Part shown: positions 1 to 8,760 of the stretch, one piece after another | How positions within the stretch are numbered: the first letter of the stretch is position 1 | Layout: each line of letters starts with the position of its first letter | NCBI GenBank assembly: GCA_036396395.1 | Contig: DASWKY010000083.1 | Location: forward strand, 1-25,282 | From: Bacteroidota bacterium | GTDB taxonomy: Bacteria > Bacteroidota > Ignavibacteria > UBA10030 | Reading direction: 5' to 3' | Length of the DNA: 25,282 bases | Translations under genes and position numbers: made by a program | Notes under the pieces: model-generated | The model's database searches: none | Seen by the model: the letters and a program-made list of their open reading frames with translations, nothing else | What the model was told of the DNA's origin: nothing

Positions 1-1
1 T

Positions 2-223
2 CCACAAACTACTATAAGGCATAGCGTACCCAAAAAGAGTCCTGTCTTGCTCAAAGTCTTTAACCTATTAGGTCAGGAAGTGAAAACACTCGTTGATGCA
101 GAGTTTGAGGCGGGCGTATACTCCGTAAGCTTTGATGCGTCCGATTTGCCAAGCGGAATCTATGTTTACCGGTTGAGTGCTGGAACGTTTGTAGAAACAA
201 AAAGAATGGTGTTGTTAAAATGA
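2..223 (+). CDS. 3' end of a T9SS (Por secretion) type-A C-terminal sorting domain protein, partial
   Basis: Not in the ORF track. Manual translation of frame 2 gives ...VLLKVFNLLGQEVKTLVDAEFEAGVYSVSFDASDLPSGIYVYRLSAGTFVETKRMVLLK*, the typical CTD pattern (VFNLLGQEV, LPSGIYVYRL, KRMVLLK). Stop TGA at 221-223. Confidence 0.88.
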   Translation, partial: PQTTIRHSVPKKSPVLLKVFNLLGQEVKTLVDAEFEAGVYSVSFDASDLPSGIYVYRLSAGTFVETKRMVLLK

Positions 224-230
224 AACAACC

Positions 231-267
231 CATCCCCTAACCCCTTTCCTAAAAAATAGGGAAGGGG
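231..267. repeat. REP-like extragenic hairpin (CCCCTAACCCCTTTCCT...AGGGAAGGGG type)
   Basis: CCCCTTTCCTA (241-251), AAAAA loop, TAGGGAAGGGG (257-267), preceded by CATCCCCTAA. Lies just after a stop codon. Confidence 0.45.
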
Positions 268-308
268 ATAAAAGTGTTCGCCCTTTTCTGGATGGATTCA
301 GTACATGC

Positions 309-347
309 AAAAGCCCGGCTACAGAATCTGAAGCCGGGCTTTTTTTG
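309..347. terminator. Bidirectional intrinsic terminator
   Basis: AAAAGCCCGGCT (309-320) pairs with AGCCGGGCTTTT (332-343). T-tract on +, A-tract on the left, between convergent genes. Confidence 0.8.
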
Positions 348-360
348 TAACAACTATTTT

Positions 361-630
361 TTACGCTCCTACATTTTGCTGTGGCGAGCGGGCTCCTCTT
401 AAAAGACCTTCGGTGCTCAAGTCCTCGTCAATCTCGGGCCAGTGGATACCGTACCCGCCGCCCGCGAGTTCCCATGTTGAACGCTGTCCTTGTGTCGCGT
501 TAAAAAGTCGCGGGTACCATGCCAAGGGAACGGTAATCGTCCTTCCGTCCATCAGGTCAACGCTGAGGGCGTCTTCGGTTACCCGCACGTCTTTCACCCG
601 TTCGTCAGTTCCCGCTACCGAAGTACTCAT
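361..630 (-). CDS. DUF2442-family protein, putative antitoxin-like partner (89 aa)
   Basis: Pattern V..V.V..D.L.V.L.DGR.I.VPL.WYPRL..AT..QR..WEL..GG.GIHWPEIDEDLS..GLL is characteristic of DUF2442. Overlaps the upstream gene by 26 nt. Confidence 0.8.
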   Translation of the reverse strand: MSTSVAGTDERVKDVRVTEDALSVDLMDGRTITVPLAWYPRLFNATQGQRSTWELAGGGYGIHWPEIDEDLSTEGLLRGARSPQQNVGA

Positions 631-850
631 GCCATGCCTCTACAAATTCTGTTTGGTGTTTGACAACTACAGAGTGAATTATTCTCAACTCTCGCGGACT
701 ATAACCGACATTCCGAGCTAATGTAACAGATGACGCCAGCCAAAATTTAGCTGAGAACCGCTCTCTGTCAACATGGATATGCGGTGGTTCGTTTGATTCG
801 TGACTGTGAAAATAGAAGCGATACGGTCCCTCCCGCAGGATTGTGGGCAT
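605..850 (-). CDS. DUF4160-family protein, putative toxin-like partner (81 aa)
   Basis: MPTILREGPYRFYFHSHESNEPPHIHV...AKFWL...EAWHEYFG matches the DUF4160 pattern. DUF4160 genes are commonly paired with DUF2442. Confidence 0.8.
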   Translation of the reverse strand: MPTILREGPYRFYFHSHESNEPPHIHVDRERFSAKFWLASSVTLARNVGYSPRELRIIHSVVVKHQTEFVEAWHEYFGSGN

Positions 851-868
851 GTGCCGCGCCTTTTCGTC

Positions 869-1123
869 TTACGCCAGCCTGTTCACCATTTTCGTGAGGC
901 GGGATTTTTGGTTTGCGGCTTTGTTGCTGTGGATGATTCCCTTTGCCGCCATCTGGTCGAGCACCTTCACGGCGGACTTCAACGCCGCCGACGCCGCGGC
1001 TTTGTCTTTCGCCGTCCGTACTTTCTTAATGACCGACCGGATGCGGGTAATATCCGCTTTGTTCCGCGCGTGTCGCCGTGCACTGCTCCTGATTCGCTTT
1101 GCCGCCGATTTATGTTGTGGCAT
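869..1123 (-). CDS. rpsT: 30S ribosomal protein S20
   Basis: MPQHKSAAKRIR...NKA...RSVIKK...LDQMAAKGIIHSNKAANQKSRL is the S20 signature; 84 aa, very basic. Confidence 0.97.
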   Translation of the reverse strand: MPQHKSAAKRIRSSARRHARNKADITRIRSVIKKVRTAKDKAAASAALKSAVKVLDQMAAKGIIHSNKAANQKSRLTKMVNRLA

Positions 1124-1170
1124 ATCCTGATATCCCTCGTTAATCGAATGTTTCTTGTTTTTCTTATTCT

Positions 1171-1199
1171 AAGATAGCGAAATTACCGAAGATTTCCAA
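1171..1199 (-). promoter_or_regulatory. Candidate sigma-70 promoter for rpsT
   Basis: Minus strand reads TTGGAA-N17-TATCTT, about 50 nt upstream of the rpsT start. Confidence 0.35.
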
Positions 1200-1298
1200 A
1201 GCCTTTTTGCGCTTGACGGAGTCCGTCCATAGAGGCTAACGATATTCGCCACTTGTTTTTCATCTCAACCTTCCTATTTTGGTATCTCAGATAATGCT

Positions 1299-1340
1299 CG
1301 CAGGCTATCCGTCGAACCACGGCGGGATGTAAAGCCTGCG
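1299..1340 (+). promoter_or_regulatory. Structured 5' leader hairpin upstream of the K+ uptake operon (resembles the P2 arm of c-di-GMP-I/GEMM RNAs)
   Basis: CGCAGGCT (1299-1306) pairs with AGCCTGCG (1333-1340), with an inner ATCCGTCG/CGGCGGGAT stem. Ends 22 nt before the ATG. Confidence 0.35.
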
Positions 1341-1362
1341 GTTGTAGAACACACACGCACCG

Positions 1363-3180
1363 ATGGCAAAACTCTTACAACAAATTTTCCTGTTTCGCGG
1401 CGGGAACCGTGGACCCTCTCAGCAAGAGGGGTGGCGTTTTGCGCTTATCGCTCTGCTTGACGCCTTCAAGCTACTTCTCGCTCTGCTTGCCGTCGGTTCG
1501 CTGGTCGCGGAGCACGGCTTCTATCTTTCTGCGGAATGGCTCCAGTACGCGTCTGCCGCAACGTTGGTTGTTCTGTACGGTTTTGCCGCTCTGACATTCC
1601 TCAAGCTTCTGCTGGTGAAAGACCGCGCCGCGCACATCCGCGCGCGGTGGGGCGAGCTATCGGTGTTCGTCATCATCTTGCTCTACTTGTTCTTCCCGGG
1701 ACCGCTGGAGAGCGTGCTCCTCTCGTTCGACCCGCTATTGACGCCGGAAGCCATCACCACCATCTACCTTGCCACCACGCAGGTGTTTGTCTTGATTGCG
1801 CTCGTTCCCTCAACGCTCCGCGCAAGCAAGCGCATTATGGCGCGGAACATTCAACCATCCATGCTTATTTTATTAAGCTTCCTCTTGTTGATATTTGCGG
1901 GAACAGGATTGCTGTCCTTACCCCGCGCGACGGTGTCGCAGTCGTTCTCGTTTATCGACGCGCTGTTTACCGCCACGAGCGCGGTCTGCGTAACGGGGTT
2001 AATCGTGGTTGATACCGCCACGTACTTTACACCGTTCGGGCAGGCGATCCTGATGGCGCTCATGCAAATCGGCGGGCTCGGCATCATGACGCTCACGACG
2101 TTTTTTGCGTATGTGGTCGGTTCCGGCGCGCGGCTGAAAGAATACTCCACCATGCAGTCTCTCCTTGGCGAGGAGAGTGTGGGGCAGATCCGGCGTACTA
2201 TTATCCAGATTGCGCTTGTGACGTTCGCGTTTGAAGCGGCGGGCGCGGTGGCGCTTCACCGCTTGCTCGACGGCGTCGAGACTTCCTCCGGCGCAAGCCC
2301 GGCGTTCTTCGCGGTGTTTCATTCCATCTCCGCGTTTTGCAATGCAGGCTTTACGCTGACAACACACAACCTTGCCATCCCGGCGCTGGGCTATAACGTC
2401 GGGGTGAATGCGGTCATCGCCGCGCTGGTCATTGTGGGGGGAATCGGCTTCCCCGTGCTTAAGAACCTCGGCGCGTTATTACGCCCAAAGGCGAGCGACG
2501 CGTTACAACGCCGGCTGACCGTTCACTCCAAGCTCGTCTTGCTGACTTCATTTGTGTTGATAGCCGGCGGCGCGGCGGCGTTTTATCTTCTCGAAGCCGA
2601 TTCGACCTTGTTACAATTCTCCGAACCGCGGAAAATTTTCGTTTCGATTTTTCATTCTGTTACCGCGCGGACGGCGGGATTTAATTCGGTAGATATCGGC
2701 GCGCTGGCGGCGCCGACACTCTTCATCATGACTCTCCTCATGTGGATCGGGGCGAGCCCCGGTTCGACGGGCGGCGGCATCAAGACAACGACGTTCGCTC
2801 TCTCACTGTTGAATATCTACGCTATCGCCTCAGGACGCAACCGTGTGGAAATTTTCAAGCACAAGGTCGCCGATATCGCCGTCGTGAAGGCGTTCAGCAC
2901 GGTCGTTATTTCATTCTTCATTATTAACGGCGCGCTCTTCCTGTTGCTCTTGACGGAGAGCCTGCCGTTGCAGAGCCTTCTGTTCGAAGTGGTTTCCGCT
3001 CTGAGCACGGTGGGGCTTTCCACTGGCATCACGCCGCAACTGACTTCGGCTGGAAAAATGACGATAATTCTTTGTATGTTTGTGGGTCGCGTGGGGCTGT
3101 TGGCGGTGCTGGTGGCTATCACCAAACAGCGCGACGGGCATCATTACGATTATACGCAGGAAAATGTATTGATAACGTAA
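1363..3180 (+). CDS. TrkH/KtrB-family potassium uptake membrane subunit with an N-terminal membrane extension (605 aa)
   Basis: Four pore-loop repeats with filter glycines (SAVCVTGL, SAFCNAGF, TARTAGF, SALSTVGL), the GASPGSTGGGIKTTT loop and MQIGGLGIMT. Confidence 0.93.
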   Translation: MAKLLQQIFLFRGGNRGPSQQEGWRFALIALLDAFKLLLALLAVGSLVAEHGFYLSAEWLQYASAATLVVLYGFAALTFLKLLLVKDRAAHIRARWGELSVFVIILLYLFFPGPLESVLLSFDPLLTPEAITTIYLATTQVFVLIALVPSTLRASKRIMARNIQPSMLILLSFLLLIFAGTGLLSLPRATVSQSFSFIDALFTATSAVCVTGLIVVDTATYFTPFGQAILMALMQIGGLGIMTLTTFFAYVVGSGARLKEYSTMQSLLGEESVGQIRRTIIQIALVTFAFEAAGAVALHRLLDGVETSSGASPAFFAVFHSISAFCNAGFTLTTHNLAIPALGYNVGVNAVIAALVIVGGIGFPVLKNLGALLRPKASDALQRRLTVHSKLVLLTSFVLIAGGAAAFYLLEADSTLLQFSEPRKIFVSIFHSVTARTAGFNSVDIGALAAPTLFIMTLLMWIGASPGSTGGGIKTTTFALSLLNIYAIASGRNRVEIFKHKVADIAVVKAFSTVVISFFIINGALFLLLLTESLPLQSLLFEVVSALSTVGLSTGITPQLTSAGKMTIILCMFVGRVGLLAVLVAITKQRDGHHYDYTQENVLIT

Positions 3181-3196
3181 TACTTCAGCAGGTACT

Positions 3197-3889
3197 ATGG
3201 CAAAAAAATATGCAGTGGTCGGACTTGGCAGTTTCGGCGCGCATCTTGCCGTTGAGCTTTCGCGCAACGGTGCGGAGGTGCTCGCTATAGACTCCGACAT
3301 GGAAAAACTGGACGACGTGAAAGACCACGTGGCGCATACCGTACGTCTGGACTCGACGGAAGAAAAACCGATGCGCGAACAGGGCTTGCAGGAAATGGAC
3401 GGCGTGATCGTAGGCTTGCGGGATAATTTCGAGGCGGAACTGCTCACGGTGTCCGTGTTACAGCAAATTGACGTCAAGCGCATCATCGTGATTGCCACCA
3501 GCCCGACGCACGAGCGGATTCTTCACCATCTCGGCATCAAGGAAGTGGTGCTTCCCGCCGTTGAAGCGGCGGAACGGCTCGCGACGAGCTTGATGTTCGA
3601 GCAGGTGCTCGACTCGTTTTCCGTTACAGCGGACTACTCGATTGCCGAGATAACGGCGCCGGACAGTTTTGTCGGGCAGACGGTGCAAAAGCTCGACCTC
3701 CGCACGCGCTTCGCAATCAGCCTTATCACCATCAAGCGCATCGCGACCACCACCGATTTGCTCGGCTTGCGGAAACGCCGGACGGAAACAATTATCGGCG
3801 TGCCGACCCCCGGAACGCCCGTCGAACGCGGCGATGTGCTTGTCGTGTTCGGCAATAAAAACGCGATTAAAAAACTCACCGAGGCATAA
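3197..3889 (+). CDS. TrkA/KtrA-family RCK regulatory subunit (230 aa)
   Basis: N-terminal Rossmann motif VVGLGSFG, RCK_N plus RCK_C layout, directly after the KtrB-like gene. Confidence 0.93.
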   Translation: MAKKYAVVGLGSFGAHLAVELSRNGAEVLAIDSDMEKLDDVKDHVAHTVRLDSTEEKPMREQGLQEMDGVIVGLRDNFEAELLTVSVLQQIDVKRIIVIATSPTHERILHHLGIKEVVLPAVEAAERLATSLMFEQVLDSFSVTADYSIAEITAPDSFVGQTVQKLDLRTRFAISLITIKRIATTTDLLGLRKRRTETIIGVPTPGTPVERGDVLVVFGNKNAIKKLTEA

Positions 3890-3896
3890 CTCCGGC

Positions 3897-5210
3897 ATGG
3901 AAACGGGCCATATTATTGTCTTTGTCGGGCTGTTGATTTTCCTCGCGCATTTTTTTGTCGCGCTGTTCGAGCGCACGCGCATCCCAGACGTCTTATACCT
4001 GACGCTCATCGGCGTTATCATTGGTCCGCTCCTGCAAATTGTTTCGCCGGGCGATTTCGGAAAAATTGGCGCAGTCTTTACCACCGTCGCGCTTGTGGTC
4101 ATTCTCTTCGAGGGCGGGCTGGAATTGAGCTTAGAAAACCTCCGCCGCTCGCTGAAGGGTACGCTCCTCATTACGATTCTCAGTTATTTTATTTCGCTCG
4201 CGCTGATCGCATGTGCGTTGCTCATGCTGACGAACTTGTTGCCGCGCGCCGCGTTGTTTGTCGCGGCGGTACTGGCGGGACCGGCGCCGTCGGTCGTCAT
4301 TCCGCTCGCTCGCCAGCTACGGCTCACCGACACCAGCCGCACCACGCTGATGCTCGAGTCTCCGCTTGGCGAGGCGCTGTGCATCATCGTCGCTCTCGCA
4401 ATCCTGGAGACGTTTAAAGTAGAGGAAGTCCACGTTGGGTTGCTCGTCGGAAAACTGCTCTCGTCGTTCGTGTTCGCATTCGTTATCGGAGCGATAGGAG
4501 GCTATGTGTGGTCGCTGTTGCTCAACCGTATGCGCCAACTCCGCCATGCGATTTTCACGACGCCGTCGTTTGTGTTTATCGTGTTCGGCATTGCGGAGTT
4601 CCTCGGTTACAGCGGTCCCGTCGCCGCGCTGACATTCGGGATTACGTTGGGAAACATCGATTTCATTAAGATTCCAAAGCTCCTGAAACAGTACGACCTC
4701 AAGCCCTTGCGCCATAACGAAACGGAAAAACAGTTTTTCGGGGAAATTGTGTTCGTCGTGAAAACATTCTTCTTCGTGTACATCGGGTTATCCGTCCAGT
4801 TTGCCGATACGTTTTCCCTGGGACTGGCGTTTGCGCTGAGCGGCATTCTTCTTGCGGCGCGGTTGTTAGCGACCCGCCTCGCAATTGATACGACGAAGAC
4901 GCCGGTCGAAGATGCACTTGCCATGTCCGTGATGATTCCCAAGGGGACAGCCGCCGCCGTTCTCGCGGGCATTCCCCTGCAAATGAGTATCGCAGGCGGC
5001 GCGTTGATCCAGAACCTCACCTACGGCGTGGTCATTTTTAGTATTATCTTTACGGCGGGGTTGGTCTTCCTGCTGGAGAAAACGTCGTTTGCCGCGGCAA
5101 ACCGCTGGCTGTTCGCGGGGTTCACTCGTTCGGCATCCGCTCCCGTTCGCGAGGAGGAAAAGCCGGCTGGGGAAAAAAAATCCGACGCAGGCGGCTCACG
5201 CTATTTGTGA
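3897..5210 (+). CDS. Cation:proton antiporter, CPA1/NhaP-like (437 aa; start moved from 3669 to ATG 3897)
   Basis: Polytopic membrane protein with RIPDVLYL.LIG..IGP, LFEGGLEL, LESPLGEALC and IPKGTAAAVLA. The ORF-track N-terminal 76 aa overlap trkA and look non-coding. Confidence 0.85.
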   Translation: METGHIIVFVGLLIFLAHFFVALFERTRIPDVLYLTLIGVIIGPLLQIVSPGDFGKIGAVFTTVALVVILFEGGLELSLENLRRSLKGTLLITILSYFISLALIACALLMLTNLLPRAALFVAAVLAGPAPSVVIPLARQLRLTDTSRTTLMLESPLGEALCIIVALAILETFKVEEVHVGLLVGKLLSSFVFAFVIGAIGGYVWSLLLNRMRQLRHAIFTTPSFVFIVFGIAEFLGYSGPVAALTFGITLGNIDFIKIPKLLKQYDLKPLRHNETEKQFFGEIVFVVKTFFFVYIGLSVQFADTFSLGLAFALSGILLAARLLATRLAIDTTKTPVEDALAMSVMIPKGTAAAVLAGIPLQMSIAGGALIQNLTYGVVIFSIIFTAGLVFLLEKTSFAAANRWLFAGFTRSASAPVREEEKPAGEKKSDAGGSRYL

Positions 5211-5262
5211 TGGCTGATAGTTCACTCAGCGGGACAGCTTCGGCTTATTTCAACAAGAACAG

Positions 5263-7068
5263 CTATTTTTCCGACCTCAGCAGGACTTCCTTCCGGTATC
5301 TTCGCAGTGCTTCCTCGTGGTGCACCATACCGATAAGCTTGCGCGATTTGTTGTCCGATACCACCGGCAGCGCGTCGATATCTATCAATTCAAATGTTTT
5401 CAGCGCGTTATCAAGTGAGTCGGATTCCACCAATTCTGGAGCGTCTTTCACCATGATGTCCTCCGCTCGCAAGCCGTCTTCTGCCTCCGGATTCCTGAGC
5501 GCAGGGCGAAGGTCCTGAAATCGAATAAGCCCGACAAAAACGTCTCTTTCATCCGTCACGGGAAACACTGTTTGGTCTTTCAGTTCCACGAGGCGCAATA
5601 ACTCCCGCATAGTTGACATTCTTCCGACGCGCGTAAATTTCTTCCGCATAATACTCCCAACGGTAATCCGGTGTACGATAGAAAGGTTTATCCCGTACCC
5701 GATTTCAATCCCTTCACGCTCGAGCGGAATCGTATAAATCGATTGTTTCATGAACAGCCGCGAGACAACGGCTGAACTTACAGCCGCGAACATAATAGGA
5801 AGAATAACCTGATACGTGTCGGATATTTCAAAAATGATGATAATGGCGGTCAGCGGCGCGTGCATCGTTCCGGCAACCATCGCGCCCATCCCAACAAGCG
5901 CGTACGCTCCGGAACTGCCTGTCCATTCCGGAAACAGGTAGTGCAAGGCGAAACCAATCACGCCGCCGAACGCGGCGCCGGCTTTCATCGCGGGCGCAAA
6001 GACGCCACCGGAACCGCCCGAACCGAGCGTCAACCCGACGGCAATCGGTTTGAGAATAAACACCGCTCCAAGAACCAGAATGCTCGCCTCCCCAAGGATG
6101 GCTTGATTGTTGATGTCGTACGAAAAACCTGCGAGGGATGGTACCCAAATAAGCATGACGCCGACACATAAGCCGCCGACTGCGGGCTGAAGTATCTTCG
6201 GGATTTTCCTTAGCCGCGCGAAATAATCCTCCGTTGCAAACACCAGCCGCGTGAACCAGACGGAGACAACGCCGGCCATCATGCCGAGGAAGAGGTAAAA
6301 GACCAGTTCATAGTTGGACACGAGACTGTAGTTCGTCGCGACGAATGTCGGGTGGTCGCCAAGGTACCCGCGCGCGACTGCTGTCGCAACAACGGACGAG
6401 ACAACGATGGGGCTAAACGTACGCACGCTGAAATCGCCGATGATAATTTCCAGCGCGAACATTACACCGCCCAACGGTGCGTTGAAAATTGCAGAAATAC
6501 CGCCTGCCGCTCCGCACGCAACGAGTGTGCGCAGGCGGTCGCTGGAAAGCCGAAAAAACTGTCCTACCGCTGAGCCGATGGACGCTCCGATCTGGACAAT
6601 GGGGCCCTCCCGGCCTGCACCGCCCCCCGAACCAATGCTGAACGCCGAGGTGACCGTCTTGTAGATTGCAAGCGAGGATTTCATATAGCCGCCACGCGCG
6701 ATCACGGCTTTAATTACGTCCGGCACGCCATGACCGCGCGACTCGGGCGAGACATAATGGGCAATGACACCGACCGCAAGCCCGCCGAGCGCCGGGTAAA
6801 TCACCACTAAGTATTTGGACCACTCTTGTTCACTATACACACCGTGGAGATGAACGTAGAGGATTTCTTGTACAATCCGAATAGCCTCATGAAAAAAAAC
6901 TGCACCGTAACCGGAGCCGATACCCACCAACGCAGCAAAGAACAGGAAGAGAATATCCTGTGAAAGGTTGAGTTTGACAAGACCCTCGACAATCAGAAGC
7001 CTGAGCCTGTTAAACAGCTCCAGCACACGCCGAGAGATATCTTTGGCAATCCGGGAGGGGTTGTTCAT
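5263..7068 (-). CDS. ClC-family chloride channel/transporter with C-terminal CBS pair (601 aa)
   Basis: GHGVP, GREGP (gating Glu), FNAPLGG, GGVFAP and SIY motifs, followed by two CBS-like repeats. Confidence 0.93.
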   Translation of the reverse strand: MNNPSRIAKDISRRVLELFNRLRLLIVEGLVKLNLSQDILFLFFAALVGIGSGYGAVFFHEAIRIVQEILYVHLHGVYSEQEWSKYLVVIYPALGGLAVGVIAHYVSPESRGHGVPDVIKAVIARGGYMKSSLAIYKTVTSAFSIGSGGGAGREGPIVQIGASIGSAVGQFFRLSSDRLRTLVACGAAGGISAIFNAPLGGVMFALEIIIGDFSVRTFSPIVVSSVVATAVARGYLGDHPTFVATNYSLVSNYELVFYLFLGMMAGVVSVWFTRLVFATEDYFARLRKIPKILQPAVGGLCVGVMLIWVPSLAGFSYDINNQAILGEASILVLGAVFILKPIAVGLTLGSGGSGGVFAPAMKAGAAFGGVIGFALHYLFPEWTGSSGAYALVGMGAMVAGTMHAPLTAIIIIFEISDTYQVILPIMFAAVSSAVVSRLFMKQSIYTIPLEREGIEIGYGINLSIVHRITVGSIMRKKFTRVGRMSTMRELLRLVELKDQTVFPVTDERDVFVGLIRFQDLRPALRNPEAEDGLRAEDIMVKDAPELVESDSLDNALKTFELIDIDALPVVSDNKSRKLIGMVHHEEALRRYRKEVLLRSEK

Positions 7069-7214
7069 TTTGTTTTAAGGTGGTGCTTCTTGGAATTCCG
7101 TATAATATAGAGATGCTCGATGCAGAATGCAACCGCAGAATGAAATTCTAACACGGAAATTGATTGTCTCCCGCTCTCCTTGTATATTGTTCCAGCACAG
7201 AGACACACGACTTC

Positions 7215-8753
7215 ATGATGAAAAATTTTTCGCTTCGGGTTCAGGTCTTTATCACCGTCGGGGTATTACTTCTCGGTTTGGTGAGCGCGACCGTTTACAT
7301 AGCTGATACTGTGCGAGATGCGCGCGAAAGCATCGTGCGCCTCAACCGCGAACGGTTAAGCTCGCTCACCTCAAACCTTGCCCGCCGCTATGGCAGTGTC
7401 TTGAATTTTGTCGCCCCCGAACAGTCCGGGCAGACATCGCTTGCGGAACGCCCGGAGCTTCTCGAACAGTTCGCCGCCATCACACGAGAAGAACTGACGA
7501 AAGCGCCCGATACGGAAGCGGGTTTTTTTCATTTTCTCTGGAACCGGGAACTGGTGCATTCAAATACAACTCCCCCGACAAGCTCTCTTGTTAACGTGAG
7601 GACGTTCCGGCAGTTCCTTCCCCCCATCCTGCAGACAACCAGCAATGAAGAACTGGAACAATGGACGCATTACGAATCGTCTGCGGCGAGTTTTATTATT
7701 GTTACCCAGCCGGTCTATGCGCGTAATCAACTGGTTGGGGCGGCGTGGGCATTCGATGACCTCGGTGATGAATTGTCTTCGGCGTGGCCGCAGGACGTAA
7801 CGCTCTTTCTGCAATTTGTCGTTGTGCTGGGGATACTGCTTGCGATTTCATTTGTCGTCACATTAAGCCAGGAAGTGAAATCCATCCGAGACGGCCTCTC
7901 GCGGATGAAGGAAAATCTCACCGCGCGCTTGCCGGTTTCACGCTCGGAGATGGGAAGTATCGCGGGGTCCATCAATGAGTTGGCGAATACAATTGTACAG
8001 CAACAACAAGAGAAGGAGGAACTCCAGCGTACCATCCAACAGCAAGAGAAACTCGCATCGCTGGGACAATTAATTGCCGGTGTTGCGCATGAAGTCCGCA
8101 CACCGCTCACAGGTATTAAGACCCGCATTCAACTCTGGCAGAAAGCCCTCCGAAGCTCAAAGAGAAAGAGTACAAACACGCCCGAAGGTCCTACGCCGAA
8201 GTCCATGCGTCTGGTTGTGGAACAACTCGACCGTATGGAAACCATCGTTCAGAAGCTGTTGTATTTTTCCAAGCGGAGGTCGCCTCATTTCCAGAGCGTG
8301 AACATGCACGAATTGCTGGACGATTTTATAGAAGAGATCCGGGTAGAGGCGAAAAAACAACGCGTGAGCATCGAACGCGTGTACGGGTCGAACACACCCA
8401 TGGTTTCCATCGATGTTTCGGAGATACGCGAAGTTTTCCAAAACCTGTTTCGAAATTCTTTGGATGAAATGATGAAGGGCGGGATTTTGCGCATCAACAC
8501 GTTTGTTGAGAATGGGCAGAACGTGCTTCATGTCTCCGTTGAAGATTCAGGATCCGGCGTCGACCCTCAACTCGTTCCCAACATCTTCGACCCGTTTTAT
8601 ACGACAAAAGATTCCGGCGTCGGGCTGGGCCTCTCCATTGCATATGAGATCATCCGCTCGCACCAAGGCAACCTGTGGTACGAACAGAGCATGCTCGGAG
8701 GTGCGCGGTTCACCGTTACGCTACCGTTAAACGTCGCGCGGAAGGATACATAA
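7215..8753 (+). CDS. Membrane sensor histidine kinase, NtrB-like (about 512 aa; ATG 7215 preferred over 7164)
   Basis: Two TM helices around an extracytoplasmic domain, HAMP-like linker, H-box AHEVRTPL, N-box NLFRNS, G1 DSGSG, F-box FDPFYTTK, G2 GVGLGL. Confidence 0.92.
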   Translation: MMKNFSLRVQVFITVGVLLLGLVSATVYIADTVRDARESIVRLNRERLSSLTSNLARRYGSVLNFVAPEQSGQTSLAERPELLEQFAAITREELTKAPDTEAGFFHFLWNRELVHSNTTPPTSSLVNVRTFRQFLPPILQTTSNEELEQWTHYESSAASFIIVTQPVYARNQLVGAAWAFDDLGDELSSAWPQDVTLFLQFVVVLGILLAISFVVTLSQEVKSIRDGLSRMKENLTARLPVSRSEMGSIAGSINELANTIVQQQQEKEELQRTIQQQEKLASLGQLIAGVAHEVRTPLTGIKTRIQLWQKALRSSKRKSTNTPEGPTPKSMRLVVEQLDRMETIVQKLLYFSKRRSPHFQSVNMHELLDDFIEEIRVEAKKQRVSIERVYGSNTPMVSIDVSEIREVFQNLFRNSLDEMMKGGILRINTFVENGQNVLHVSVEDSGSGVDPQLVPNIFDPFYTTKDSGVGLGLSIAYEIIRSHQGNLWYEQSMLGGARFTVTLPLNVARKDT

Positions 8754-8760
8754 TTACGGT

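Noticed and set aside
1215-1227. Palindrome GACGGA-G-TCCGTC between rpsT and the ktr operon
   Set aside because: Short, single copy, with no matching regulator or properly spaced promoter; could be chance.
1290-1375. Calling a complete c-di-GMP-I or c-di-AMP riboswitch
   Set aside because: The P3 arm, GNRA loop and receptor are missing and there is no ydaO-type pattern. Kept only as a candidate structured leader.
3669-3896. 76-aa N-terminal extension of the antiporter in the ORF track
   Set aside because: It overlaps trkA in another frame and has non-protein-like composition. ATG 3897, 7 nt after the trkA stop, begins the first TM helix.
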